From: Nemertoderma westbladi
Lineage: Eukaryota > Animalia > Xenacoelomorpha
Assembly (NCBI GenBank): GCA_032718475.1
Contig: JAUCBJ010005932.1
Location: 1 to 32,414 of the forward strand
Direction of reading: 5' to 3'
Length of the DNA: 32,414 nucleotides
Positions 1 to 13,227 of this stretch are shown in pieces. A program made the translations under genes and the position numbers. Below the pieces are notes generated by a model, which saw only the letters and a list, made by a program, of their open reading frames with translations, did no database searches and was not told where the DNA came from. Positions within the stretch are counted from its first letter, which is position 1. Each line of letters begins with the position of its first letter.

Positions 1-144
1 ATCTGTAGATTGATTAAATATTTAACAGGAAGCCAAACTGGACTTATGTATAGGATGGAATATATTTCTTCAGTACTGAATTTATTATGATTGAAACATA
101 TTTTTAATTTCAGTTGAGTAGCTATGCAAGAAGGGGAACTTCTG

Positions 145-416
145 GGCCCATATGAAGAATACCAGACTTTCTGCCGCTATATTTCACTTTGCAGTTACCC
201 CCATGTGAAGAATACCAGGCTTTCACCAAAAACACAAGTTACAGAAGGGATGAATCTAACCAAAACAATAAACGAATTAGTATATGTACAGGTTATAAGA
301 CATAAATAAGCGCTATAAAACACTTAATAAAGATAAATTAAAAAAAAAATGTTCATATATAAAACTCCAATAAAAAGTCGACCGAAAAGTGAAATCCTGG
401 TATTCTTCACATGGGC
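145..416. mobile_element. Non-autonomous DNA transposon (MITE) with ~26-bp terminal inverted repeats and 9-bp target-site duplication
   Basis: gcccatatgaagaataccagactttc (146-171) and cccatgtgaagaataccaggctttcac (200-226) are both inverted relative to gtgaaatcctggtattcttcacatgggc (389-416); 200-226 matches 389-415 at 26/27. The direct repeat gaacttctg flanks the element at 136-144 and 417-425. The interior is AT-rich and non-coding. Confidence 0.75.
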
Positions 417-1281
417 GAACTTCTGCTTGCCTTTTCCTAGTGTGTGTGTGTCTGGGGGGGGGGGGGGATGATTAAATTGTCAATCATAAACTCAAGGATA
501 CTTTGGTCCTTTCTTAATGTATTCGCATAAGATACGATATAACATGGAAATACACATGGAAGAACGTGGAACATGGAGGTATCACATCATGTAATCTGTA
601 TATGGAATCGTTAGAAATAGCAAGGTGATTATTATGTGATATGTGTATGCAAGGGGGGGCATATTCAAAGGGATGTAGTATGGATGTATATGGGGGTGGA
701 CCAAGACGCAACTTCAAACTTAGAAACCAGAAACTTAGGCTAAATAATTGTTCCCGTTTCCAGATATTCTCTATCTGGACAAGAAAAAAAAATTAACCAA
801 TCACAAATAAGTTGTACTGTCCTCTATCAGCGAACATGACCAGCGACACTTTGTGGCTCAAATGAAACTACCACATAACTCTTTTAGTTATCACAAACGA
901 ACGCAAGATGGCGTGAATAAATTGCATGCTGACAGGAGCCAGTTGAATTAGTTTGTCTTTAATGGTGATCTGGTCCAATTTAATAATAAATAATTGAATC
1001 AATAGTTGTGACGAATCCCTTGCACATGTTAAAGGGTAGGTGACTCCTCGAGAAAATGTGAAAAGCCAAATAATGACATATTGTCAGCTAATAAGTTTAG
1101 TTAAATAACGATGAAATACGGTTACATGAAATCAATAAAATGACTTCAGAGTCAGCAGTATATTACCGGTACATGCTCCACGGGTGGTGACTACAGCCAC
1201 ATAAATGCGAAGAAACACGTAAATGGTATAGATACATTAGCATGTGGATTATTGTTGTTAGTTATGTATTTCTAGGAGAAG

Positions 1282-1449
1282 GTGTTAAATTTCGTAGTTC
1301 TCACGAGCAGTACGAAATTTAACACTGCTTGCTACCGAGCCCTGCTCAATAACCAATACCCGAATTTCCGAAATTAACATTGCCGTCGAATTTCCTACAG
1401 AAATTTATACAGTCCAATAAGTTTATAAGAAGCATATTTGTAGGAAATT
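1282..1449. repeat. Cluster of inverted repeats (perfect 15-bp hairpin plus an 11-bp inverted pair), probably a decayed palindromic repeat element
   Basis: gtgttaaatttcgta (1282-1296) / tacgaaatttaacac (1311-1325); aatttcctaca (1389-1399) / tgtaggaaatt (1439-1449); related cgaattt/gaaatt submotifs lie between them. Confidence 0.6.
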
Positions 1450-4400
1450 GAAATATTAAAACGACAGACAAGCCATGAAACACCCATGTACACTAAATAT
1501 AATTACCATATTTAATTGACATGCCGCAAGATCATAGAATACAATCGGATATTAATATACATGCCACTTGGTATTCGCAGCTTAGTACCATTAGAATCTT
1601 ACACTTAGAAATAAATTAAGACGGCACATGTAACGCAACAATGCATATTGGAGGCGAAACACGGAAAACAGGTCCTGCACGTCATTAAATGCCCAAAACC
1701 ATAAAGACAATTAGATTTACAAATTTATATATTAACATTCCAGGCAATGTCAATCACGAACTGGAATAAACAAAGCATCAATGACAGGTTTGTGTAAAAA
1801 TACAACTCAGCTTGCTTTAGGAAATAAAAGGGGGACACTACTACTGGTGAGAAAGAATAATTCGGATTAGGGCTAATAAATTGAAAGTAGGTTTTATAGA
1901 GCTTGAATAACGGTGCAATAAATAATAAATAGTTATCATCAAATATTAACGATAATTTCTGAAAGAAGGAATGTCGCTACGCCGTAGACGGCAAGGGGAA
2001 TGAAGAATTGACACATTCCACAGGGTATCAGTGTCTTGGAGAAGGCAAAATGCAGAACACAAAATAATGTCGAAAGAGTAAGAACTAAGTAAGAGGAGGC
2101 ACTGAATACTGAAGTTAGTGAGCAATGCGAAAATTCAATTTAGCCATGGAATCCGTGAGAGACACACCATTACCTGACACCCGCAGATCCACAGACAGAT
2201 TATATTTGATTAGCGAGGCATTCCATCGACCTTCCAACTCAACAAAGCCGATTCTAGAATCAGCAGTATATCCTAACTATAGGTAGTGCATGCAAGCATA
2301 TAATACAGTATTATACGCAAGTGGTTTAGTAGGCATGACATCAGCTTCCTTTAGAATTAGGGAATAATGCCCAGCATTGATCTAAACCACTGATTGCTAT
2401 TTACTCGGGACATCCTTTTGACTTGGGAGAGGCTGCTATAATTCTTATCAACAACTACAGAGCGGCGCAGTACAGCACCCCCTCGGGGAGATACTGTAGC
2501 ATAAGAAACCTAATGCAGACAGGGGCAGGGGGTTGTCCAGGTAAAGGATAAGTCCCGAAACAGGAAGCATATCAATGGATACTGCAATGTTCAAACCCAA
2601 TGAGAAGAAATATTAAGTATATGGGAGGAGGGGGGAGGAATGAAGGCAGGGAAGGCATTTCCCTGATTACATTTCCTTAATTATAATAACGCGTAATAAT
2701 AACATAGTCAGGATGTGAGTGTGATTAGTTATGTGTGTTGCTGCCTTGAGCGGCCACGTAAAGGGATCGCGTTATGGTTTTACAAATATTATTAGCCGCG
2801 CAACATGAATGGTACTACGGTCACAATTAGAGAGCAATAAAGTTGGGGGTTAATGGTAGTATATGACTTAGATACCCGAACGTTTCAGTGATAATTTGCA
2901 TGTAGCGAGTTTAATTCGAAATGTGTAATTGTTTGATTTACTGTTGGGGAGAAAGGCCTTTGATCAAATTAATATAACAAAGAACAAGGATCGCAGTCAG
3001 TAGCGAAACTTTTTACTCCAGTTACAACATAAAAACTTATGGGTAGCAGCGAAGCACTTTATACTTCGCACTTCGCAACATATCAACTCTAACTTGCGAA
3101 ACACGATGCAATTTTCACGCAATCACTGATATGGAAGGGCAGGTCAAATAGTTACCCGTAATCGCCTGTCTGAGCCTATGAGTGTACGGAGCATGACGCA
3201 TAGAGGGATGCAGCACGCATACACACTCACCGAAGAGAACAATAGCTAGGCCATGCATTGTTAACAAGCAGGTAAGCACCAACCTACCGGCAGCGAGCGG
3301 CCTGAGATCAGAAAGCTTTCGTTCGGGGAGAGCAGTGATTAAAGGGGCCGTCCTGAGGAGGGAGGGAGGGTGGGTTGGTTACTGACACACCGATTAATAA
3401 ATAGAATGCATTAAAGGTTTCTCGCAGATGTGCTTCAGTAAGGGAAATTTACGAGGGGGTGGGACGTCCTTTACCCGAAGACTGTGAAGGCAGCGGTGTT
3501 ACTACTACTAATGCACAAATAAATAGTTGAATTGTGTGAAGTGAAGTATGTGTCACTTGAACTACCGGTTTGGAATACAATCGCATTCAGTTTTTACTAC
3601 ATTCATCGCCAAATAAATATAATGTGTCGTAAGTTTTTTAAGTATTTTAATAATGCATAGAAGTTGTGGGCCTGCCAGATGGGATGATGTTAATTGAATT
3701 CCGCTAAAGTAATAAATAATGCAGGTTTGGCGACTGGTTCTAGGCACTGTACAATTATTGTGTGCAATAAATTGCACTCGGCAAAAAGACATGTCAGAAG
3801 ATACTTGATAATTTTTGAAGGATATGTCAATCGTTTCTAAAGGTGCGTCCGTTCACTCCAACGCGTTCGGGACAGACACAGATAAGATATAGCGATCTAA
3901 GTTTCTTCGTAAGGCAAAAAGGGTCGTTTAATCGTTAAAAGAAAAGGATGTACTTCCAAGAAAACACAAGAAACTCGCATCCAATCAATAAAAAATGCGC
4001 CCCCAATCTTTGGACCCCCGGCCATTGCCGAGCAATGAACATGAAAATGGACTTAACGTTTATGGATAGATCGCAGGTAAGGATTGCGGGGGAACTATAG
4101 TTTGCCTATTAGGACCTTGGGATTGATGGAACGACAGGCACGTAACTCAATTACTAGAACGCGGGTAGGGCAGACACCATGGGCAACCCTCTCCAAACTC
4201 AGAAGCAATCGAGAAACGAATATCCACCAGAATGGGATTCTAAGTTGATGGAGGTCGGACTTCTAATACAGCTATCTCATTATATCTGCCGCATTTCTGC
4301 CAAGCTAAAAGTCCTAGGAAATCGTCTAATTTGAAGACCGATTCGCTTTAAGCATTCCTACAGGACTAGCATAGCCATTCCAACCCCTATGGCGTCGCAG

Positions 4401-6027
4401 CTGGTGCCGCAATACGTACCGCTGTATAACCAACGACTCTCCCTCCACAAAGCAAATATACAATCAATCGCACACTGGAAGCTGTAATAATATCGATCCA
4501 GGAAAAATTTCAATCATAATTCCACAAACTAGAATAGTATAATTGCGTCTGGCAACACCAGCGTTCACACCACACAACTAATTCACAAAGCCTCGGAATA
4601 ACATGAAGCTAATGAGAAAACAGCATCAGCAAAACAGCGCCACGCCCAGAAGGTGCGGAGAGGCAAGGATTTCCTGCCTAATATTCCAGGGATTACTGGA
4701 TTTTCTATTCTATAATAATGCATAAAACTACTTCAAACCACCGCTGGTTATAATAACTTTCTCTCATTTCAAAAACACAATATGTTTCATATCGGCCTGT
4801 AGATTCCGGAATGGGGGAAAATTGTAGGCTGAAGAATGCCGAGTTTGGAGCCAATTAGCAACGCGAAAAGTCGAAGGACAAGACGGATAAACTGCTTGTG
4901 CAGCAGACTGTGCCGTGTGTCGTATTACTCGCAATAGCATTCCATCTAAATTACCCCGAACATATGGGGATTGATCAATATTGACATAGCATGAGTAGTT
5001 ATTATCAGTAAAATGTTATCACAGAAATATATTCAGTAGAGCAGATTCTATTCCCGACTGAATTGCTGAAATAAAATGAAGTAACTCATTATTATATTTA
5101 CAATCTAGAGATTTTCAATAGGAAAGTTCCATTAAAATGTTGATTATAGAAAATTAACAAGAAGAAAATAACAATTCTTCAATAAAATAATCAGCATTCA
5201 AAGAAAATATTGAAAAATTAATGAGGGGTTCAGCAAGGCCAGTAAGATAATAAATAACAGGAGGTAAAATCAGCAGGGGCTTATGGAAAACTTATGGGAA
5301 AGTGTATCGAAGGAAGATAGATGGAAGTCCGCCTCAATTATTACGGAATAGCAAACACTCTCATTTAATGACGTCTCATACGAACGAACGCCGTGTCATA
5401 CCGGCGGTAATTAAGCAAGGACAACAATGTGACTTACAGCTGCAAACATATAAGCAAATTCTGCACAGGTATATATAATTCATTGTGACAGTGGGGAGTG
5501 TTCATTCAGGCTTTATCAAACTGTGTAGTTGGTATAAATAAGATTAGCTATAGAAATCAGCGACATGATATATACAAAAATACAATTTTCGTATTTCATA
5601 TCATATTCGTCGCAAAGTGGTATCACATCACACAATATCATTTCTTATCATAAAATAACAAAAATGTATTTTCAGATTTTGTATTAATTGATAATTATGA
5701 TATAATTAAAACTAATTATTTTCTTAATGCTATATCCCGTCCTTCGTAAAATAATTCTTAAATTTTGGGAAAAAATGTTCTCGGTTGTGGAATCAAAGCA
5801 CTTTAGTAGTACTGCAAGTACTGGTCTCACGCAGCAATACATGCATTGTACGTAATTAGTATTAGTAACATTTTCCATGCAATTATGTAAATAACATAAC
5901 GAGTTCAATATTATAATTATCAATATTGAAATAAACAAACAGGCAAGAAATACATTTAACATATAATGCGGATGAAATTGTTAGAAATGAGAAACATATA
6001 TTAATAGATAGTAGCTGAGTAACTCAC

Positions 6028-6099
6028 CAACTGTTTACCGTTGTACATATTGTATGTTACACAAACTTACCTAAAAATAAATAAAATATAAATCATTAG
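6028..6099 (-). other. Candidate recursive splice site (ratchet point, junction 6071|6070) with 43-nt cryptic RS-exon 6070-6028
   Basis: Minus strand: ttttCTAATgatttatattttatttatttttAG|GTAAGTttgt...cagttg|GTGAGT. Branch-point-like CTAAT (A at 6096), T-rich tract, ~50 nt free of AG, acceptor fused to a perfect donor, and a second strong donor 43 nt downstream. Confidence 0.6.
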
Positions 6100-7287
6100 A
6101 AAATAAATAATAAGAACATCACTGTGTTGAATTATATATTGTTGTAAGTAATTAAAAACTATAGATTATTAATTAGATCTAAACAAATTTGCATACGTTG
6201 TTCAAATTCATATACTAAATGTTATTACTTTATATTATTTCTATATTATACAATGATTCATCTGGATCGACACAAGACGAAACTCTCAGAAATAACACTT
6301 ACAATACTTTATTTCAGCCGAGATGCGAACACGACATGTAACAATGAAATCGAAAGTAAATGTATAAACGAAACCAAATAAAATATCGAAATGCTAGCAG
6401 TGGAAATACAAGCGAAAACAATATAGTATGAAAAAACCACGTTAAATATGTTTAAGTAATATATTACATTTAATGAAGAAGGCATCCCAATGGGCCCTAA
6501 TAAGTAGATGGACTGTAAGGCGGATGACTAATGAACAAGGTCCGACGAATGAAGACAATCGATCGAATACGATGAGAAATTAAATAGATAAGTCGATAGA
6601 TATAGAGACAGTCGCCCATCCGACACAGATGTTATACATTGATTGTGGAAGTAGACTTGCATAAAACAAAACCAATGGCGGTAAACGCCGCCAAAGTTAC
6701 ACGCAATTCAAAGATGAACAAAAGTTTATAATTGATAACTTTTACAGACAACACCAAGTAAAACAAAAATATCTTAATTGGGACGCATTAATATTGTAGT
6801 AAATCGTAAACTATACTTTGACATATGAATATGACAGCACAATCAGCTAGTAACCTCACTCTTGAAACTACGAAAAGCTTTGCAAAGTCAAGCTTGATTA
6901 ACGATTGGTCGTCGCCAAGGAGACCGTGTATACAGTAGCAAAACTTCCAATCGCGAGCGGGCTTGAGATCCTGCTGGTTTGCAGTATGTGACACATAGTG
7001 CAACCTGTGTTGGATCATCATCCTTGGCTGATCTACTGGCGAAATATTTCTCTCTCAGGTAGCTAACAATAGGCCGAAGCAGTGTCCAAGCGAAACAATA
7101 CAATAGCATTGTCCGACCATCCGCGTCCCCCCACCACTCTACCCCTTACTTACTTACCACGCCCAGATCCTCCTGCGCTCCGCTGCAGTAAATCCACAAT
7201 CATTCCCCTTTCATTAAAAGATTTCGCAATGCCATACAAAGTGATTACGACTCACTGTGCGAGATATTCGATGGGAGGAGTGAGTAT

Positions 7288-7308
7288 GGGGGGGGGGGGG
7301 GGGGGGGG
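7288..7308 (+). repeat. Poly-G homopolymer (G21); similar tracts at 454-467 (G14), 10842-10861 (C20), 12588-12599 (G12), 21445-21459 (G15), 32312-32326 (C15)
   Basis: Read directly from the sequence. Confidence 0.9.
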
Positions 7309-10300
7309 ATTTGACAGAGAAACTTATGTGCCCTTTTTACTTCGGCCAATTACAATTAATGGTCCCCAATTGTAAGAATGGACTTTGGCCCTCAGCAATA
7401 AACATGGTGATACTGTATGACTCACCGCCCAAGTAAAGTCATAAGTAGTACCAGATAACAACAGATATTGGGGATAAAATAAATGCGATAAAAGAAACCC
7501 CCTTGAACCAGACTAACCGTCGCCTTCGTCGATTGAGTTGGACCCGACCATGTCAACTGTCTCCATGGTACACGCTCACGTCTTGTGGTCTTCCCCTTGG
7601 CCTTGACCGCATACTTGCACTTATACATCAATTTAGCTATTTAATTGTTATATTTTACAATTTATAATGAATTACAATATTCACACCCGTATGGTTCAAT
7701 ATATTTTGAATAAGTGTAATTAATCCCCTAACGACAATAGGTTTATATAATGGTAATTATCGGATTAATTATAATGATAAATTAAGGATTAAATGGGTTT
7801 AATGGTCAAATTAGTGTACAGAAAAAAATTACAACATATATGTACTATAAATGAGAGTAGACTGGCAGGTTAAAGTTGCTGGGCGAAGGTAAATAATTGT
7901 CTAGAAACCGGTTGCGATTAATGCCTATTTAGAATGACCGTAAAACAGCGTGACATGACGCGTGGACACAGTTATAACTCGCTACATATGCACAGAAAAC
8001 AAACCAGGCTGCCAATCCTACACGGAACTCAAACCAGCAAACAAGGATCCCGACAGTCAAAAAATATTATAGCTCAGAGACAAACCATTAATATATGGGA
8101 AGGACCAGTAATGGCGGATTTACGGAGAAACTGAGTAATTATAATGGGGTAACAAGAGTATAGGAGACATGGAGGCTTGTATGTTCGTCCAAGCGACAAT
8201 GTCTAAGGGACACAGACCACGGGAAACTAGTCAGGGGGGGAGTGGGATATGGAAAGACTCATCGGAAAGAGTAGTGACCAACAATGTTAGTAACCACGGA
8301 AATAAGTTCAATGATTGAGGCTTTAAAAAAAAGAGTTATACAGAAACACTGACACATGCACGTCCACTGAGGCCTAGGGGAAATGGACTCACAGGATTAC
8401 ACAAACCACCCCCTATTGCTTATAAACCCAGTAGAGATCTGATTAAGTGACACAAACATGAAGCAAACTACAGGGAGAGTGACAATTAGTCGGGGATTTG
8501 CCGCCACGAACGAGTGGAGATAAACGAGTGATTGGGGGATCAGGTTGTCACCGCGTCTTGCATTGCGTTCCACCCCGATCCTAATTCCTCCCACAGGCCT
8601 ATTCAACTACGATTTATTTGACGGCATGGCTTTACGCCGTCGAGCTATTCTTTCCATTGCGCTCCCGTTCGGGGCGCAATGGGCTGAAGGAATCCCAACT
8701 CTTCCATCGATCCCACAGGAAATCAAAACTCCGTTTCGATTGTATGCCGCCTGAATCTGGGACTCTATGATAGGTGGAGTGAGTTTTAACTTGCGGTTTC
8801 GATGTAGTTGTGAAATTTACAGTACATTACGGGTGGTGGGAGAGAGAAGGATGAAAAGCGGCAAAGATTAAAAGAATGTGGAATTCGCCGTAGAAAGAAA
8901 TACACCCGAAGAGGGGAGACGCAGGGCAAAAGCAAAAACAAGTGTGCGTGGCTAACTAATGTCGGAACAAAATAGAGAGGATAGTGATGGAGTATGACGT
9001 GAGTGAATTAGTCCACTATGGCAACTATAAATACTCGACATATATTTACATATAGTAAAAGGTCAATCAATCATGTACAAAGGAGCCGTTAATTGGATGA
9101 TTAAGTAATAATGACTCTCAACTTGTTAAATTAGTATGCTAAAATGTCTGGACTATTTAGCACAACTTTAAGGTTTATGAGGCTAATATAGTTTTGGACC
9201 TTAAAACTTTAATTGGCACTTTCGGAAGTAAATGCTTTTGGTATCAATAAATCGATCGCATTCACATATATAGCACCGCCAAAAATCCCAAAGCTACCAC
9301 CTGCCAATCAATTATACGCACACTTTGTCAAGTGTGACAATGTCAAGGGGCCAGGCCATACATGATTTGAAAATATTAAGGGTAAAAATTAATTGGTATT
9401 GTATAATTCAATTCATTCTACACCATACATACTACACAATGGCCCGGTAAAAATAATAAATATTAATATTATGGCATAAAATCAGAAATATTAGGGGATT
9501 AATTATTTATAATGCGGCAGGTCAGTCCATCCAATTGGAGTGATGCTACATCGTACACATCTACACAATCATAGCTTCATCACACACAATCTGACATTTT
9601 TACCAAGGTTCTCTAATTCCTGAGAGCAGCACCAAGTGGAAGGAAACCGCATTAACTATCTGAGAATTTGTGAATTTACAGCCCGGAAGATGGCGCTCAA
9701 ACAGTTGTTTTACTCAAACTTAAAAATGCTTTAAATTGTCACTAGGTGGCATTTTAAAACGAATACTCAAAAAATACTTTTATAAAGTGCATTTAGGATA
9801 TTATGTTGTGGTGTAATTAATTAAGTAATTGGAATCACATATCTATCTATACATAATCTACTATGACAAATGTAGCAACAATGAAACATGAGATATCAAT
9901 AGGAGGGAAGTGATTCGGCACCTGGATTGCGATTGTTTGATAAAGAAAGTCGAAATGCTAAAAATCGGAACCCTTTGAAAGATTAATTACTTCCTATTTG
10001 CACATTGTATACAAAGAGAACATACTATAATATATATCTTCAAGTCTACATCCCTGGTTGGAATACCATACCATATCCGCTCATTTACAGCGGGACCATC
10101 AAAGAAGTTGTTATAATGTTTGAACAAACAAACACACAGAAAGGATACCACCTCACTCCAGTAAGTAAACTGAAAACTCTTGGAACGCTTGCTTTAATAG
10201 CAAACGCGTTATTTCACTCTAACATTGTAAACTTGGGGACATAGTAAACAGTTAGGTGAATAAACTCGCAGTTTATTATTGTGGGGGTATGGTAATAATA

Positions 10301-11902
10301 TAATATCACAATGGGCTAATGGGCCCCAGCAAATGCGAATTCGTGGACGCAACATTTAACACGAATAATTATATGTAAATATCACCAAGGTATTTAGGAC
10401 TTACTAGTGCGGCTATTCAACCATGCGTATGAAAATTATGCTAATGCGCAGCACACTGCGTTTAAATTGTTGTGGGGCCAACTACCATATTACTGCTCCT
10501 ACCGATAAGATAAGATACTTGAGTTTTACAACAACGACGGTAATTCCATGTTGTCAATAGATTAGGGGGGCTAAAGATTATATTAAACTGGCCACCATTT
10601 ATACGAATTAATAAATAAACTTATATAATGTATAGAACAATATTATAAATAGATAGCATTAAGATATAATTATAATTAAACGCAAGATTGAGCACTGGCT
10701 TTACATTCAATGGTCAGTAGCCCATGGCGAATTACAATCAACGTTCCCCAACGTCACTAATGATGTTTGCCGTAGCTATATTATAAGGCGATTTAATCTC
10801 TTTGAAGTCGCCGCAATCACTAGCAATAACCAAAACGGCGACCCCCCCCCCCCCCCCCCCCTCCTCCCTCCCCCCGCTTTAGAGAAATAATTAATTGACT
10901 TTAGGCAACGGTAAGCGAAATCGAGTAAGTTTTGTGTGGACCCACACGGAGTTGGGCAATAGCGGAATGGTAGCGCGATCAATAATTATTAAGTATTGTT
11001 CAAATATATATATATATATGTTAATAGACCCTCTGCGTGGTATAAGAGTGTGACAATGGAAGAAATGGCGGTTAGAGACAGTCTGGCTGTCGCACTGCTG
11101 GGAGTTGGCCTCAAGTACCTGTACTGGAAAAGTACTTAAAAAAATACAATTGTAAGAAACATATGAATGGAGAAGAATGGAGGGATATCTTTTGGAGGGG
11201 GAATGGAAGGGTCACTCATTGTGATTCAAATAAATACAAAACTATTACACCACAATACACGCTGGTTTTATGAACAAAGATAAAGTTCATACAGTAGTTA
11301 CAGTAAACTATCATTTTAATTAGAAAGATATGTTAAATGCAATAAATGACTTACATAAAAATGCTGTGAATTCCACATTTTGAGAGCCAGTTTTAATTGC
11401 ACTTCCCGTCGAAATAGTAACACGAGTAATGGAAATATTTCTAACCAAACCGAGTTCAACACAAAGAAACGAGTAAAAAAGCGAACAAAAACTATTGTAA
11501 ATAGTTTAAGCAAAGCACGAATGCTGGCTAGACGGATTTAGCACGCTTTATGAATAAAGCACGTTTCTCCTCCAGACCTAACTAACTACCCTGGTTCCGA
11601 CCAAACGATTGGTAGTTTGGTATATAATGTGCGATGTAGACAAAACTTACATGTGTGTTCCGGGGAATGTTTATAATAAATTGTGAATAGTTTATCAACA
11701 AATAAATAAATACATTAATTCACGGAAATAGTGTGTTCATAATATGTGGGCGGTATGATATTGACGTTTGTTACCTAACACGCCCGTGGCTGTAAGAGTT
11801 ATGTACCAGACCTTCTTCCAAGAAAACCAACAAAGGTTTGAGCAAAATGAAGATTATTGAAGATTATTAATACAATAATTATTAACGCCAACGTATCACT
11901 GA

Positions 11903-12051
11903 CATGTCCATGTCCATGTCCATGTCCATGTCCATGTCCATGTCCATGTCCATGTCCATGTCCATGTCCATGTCCATGTCCATGTCCATGTCCATGTCCA
12001 TGTCCATGTCCATGTCCATGTCCATGTCCATGTCCATTTCCTTGTCCATGT
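11903..12051. repeat. (TGTCCA)n hexanucleotide microsatellite
   Basis: 22 perfect TGTCCA copies at 11905-12036, then one degenerate unit (tttcct) and 1.5 further copies. Confidence 0.98.
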
Positions 12052-13002
12052 GAAGCGTAAATGAAGTAAGATTTTGTAATTATCGTCCGTTTTATTGTTA
12101 CACCAATCCCATAAACTGCATACATATACGCGTTTATTGATTGAATATTGTACTAAAACCTGTGTTTAAAGTCTTCTTCACACGGGATGGTAACTGCTGC
12201 AGTGCTAATGTGTGTGTAGTTTATATAATATATGACAACATATGCCCAACTCGATATTATACATCACATGGGGGCTGGGCCGGGCCCCTATTATAATTAA
12301 ATATACTCACATAATATTCGAAAATTCTTTGAAGATAATCAATAAATACGTCAATGTTCCTAAAAAACCTTCCATTCACATCGCTTTGTGGTAAGGAATG
12401 CGTCCCTTACGAGGTCATTGGCCCCCGCGCACAGCGCCTGTGCATTTCAGTTCATCTCTCATTATCAGCGACGGTGGAATACTGCGGTACGCAAACATTG
12501 TAACTCTTTGCAATTGGGGCCGTACCAATTATATAACAAAGACCAGAGTCGCCACATCCCCCTTATATAAAATAGGAGCGTGGGCGTGGGGGGGGGGGGC
12601 ATACTACTACCTGGGGTTTCATCCCTTTGTCGTCCAATTAACGATTCAAAGTTCCCGTAAATAAGTTGACATTCCTAACCCATTGTCGTACTGAGGTAAA
12701 GCTCGTGCGTATGTGCGTGCGCGTGGAGAGTGCTGCAACCATATGGTATATAGTTAACAAACTTCATTTATAAAACCTTATCTATCATTGTGTTCATACA
12801 TTTGCTGCGTATTATGATAAACGACTAAACAAGCAAAGGGGGAAAAGATAAGGGCCAATTATCCCGATCGCCGCGAATTAATTGGGAAGCCACGGAAGGG
12901 TAATGGTATTACGATTAGAGTTTACTATATAATAGACCCATAATGTATCAACGGATATATTATCGGTATAAATGTGACCAGAATCCGAAAGTAAGTGGAC
13001 CC

Positions 13003-13227
13003 TCCCGCCCCGTGACGAGGAATGTAAGCGATATCTTTAGAGATCCCGTGAGGCGTTGAGTTATTGTGCCGGGAAGCCCGCCCCTGACCCGTAGACGGCT
13101 ACTGAGAGAGGGGCGGGGAAGGGGCGGGGTTAGTCTACCGCACTCTAATCAATCTCACACGATTCGCTTACCACGTTTGCATTGCCCCGACCGCCCTTGT
13201 ATTAAGTGCCCCGCCTGTTGCCCCGCC
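13003..13227. promoter_or_regulatory. GC-box (Sp/KLF) cluster with a strong G-quadruplex motif; candidate intronic promoter or enhancer
   Basis: CCGCC/GGCGG boxes near 13004, 13077, 13111, 13122, 13191, 13209 and 13221 in an otherwise AT-rich intron; GGGG-C-GGGG-AA-GGGG-C-GGGG at 13110-13129. Confidence 0.45.

Noticed and set aside
147-226. Two ~25-bp direct repeats with a ~28-nt spacer, superficially CRISPR-like
   Set aside because: Only two copies, the third is inverted, the context is a eukaryotic intron with no cas genes; explained as MITE TIRs.
1029-1050. TTAA-AGGG motif suggestive of a Kolobok-type left end (also near 3339)
   Set aside because: No matching inverted right end was found.
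6888-7182. 73-aa ATG-initiated ORF and nearby 25-nt segment bounded by CAG and GTAAGT
   Set aside because: No recognisable domain, weak acceptor, not frame-preserving.
11799-12125. ORFs encoding poly-(GH) and poly-(CP) resembling metal-binding proteins
   Set aside because: Entirely produced by the stop-free TGTCCA microsatellite; no synonymous variation among units and no coding-like flanks.
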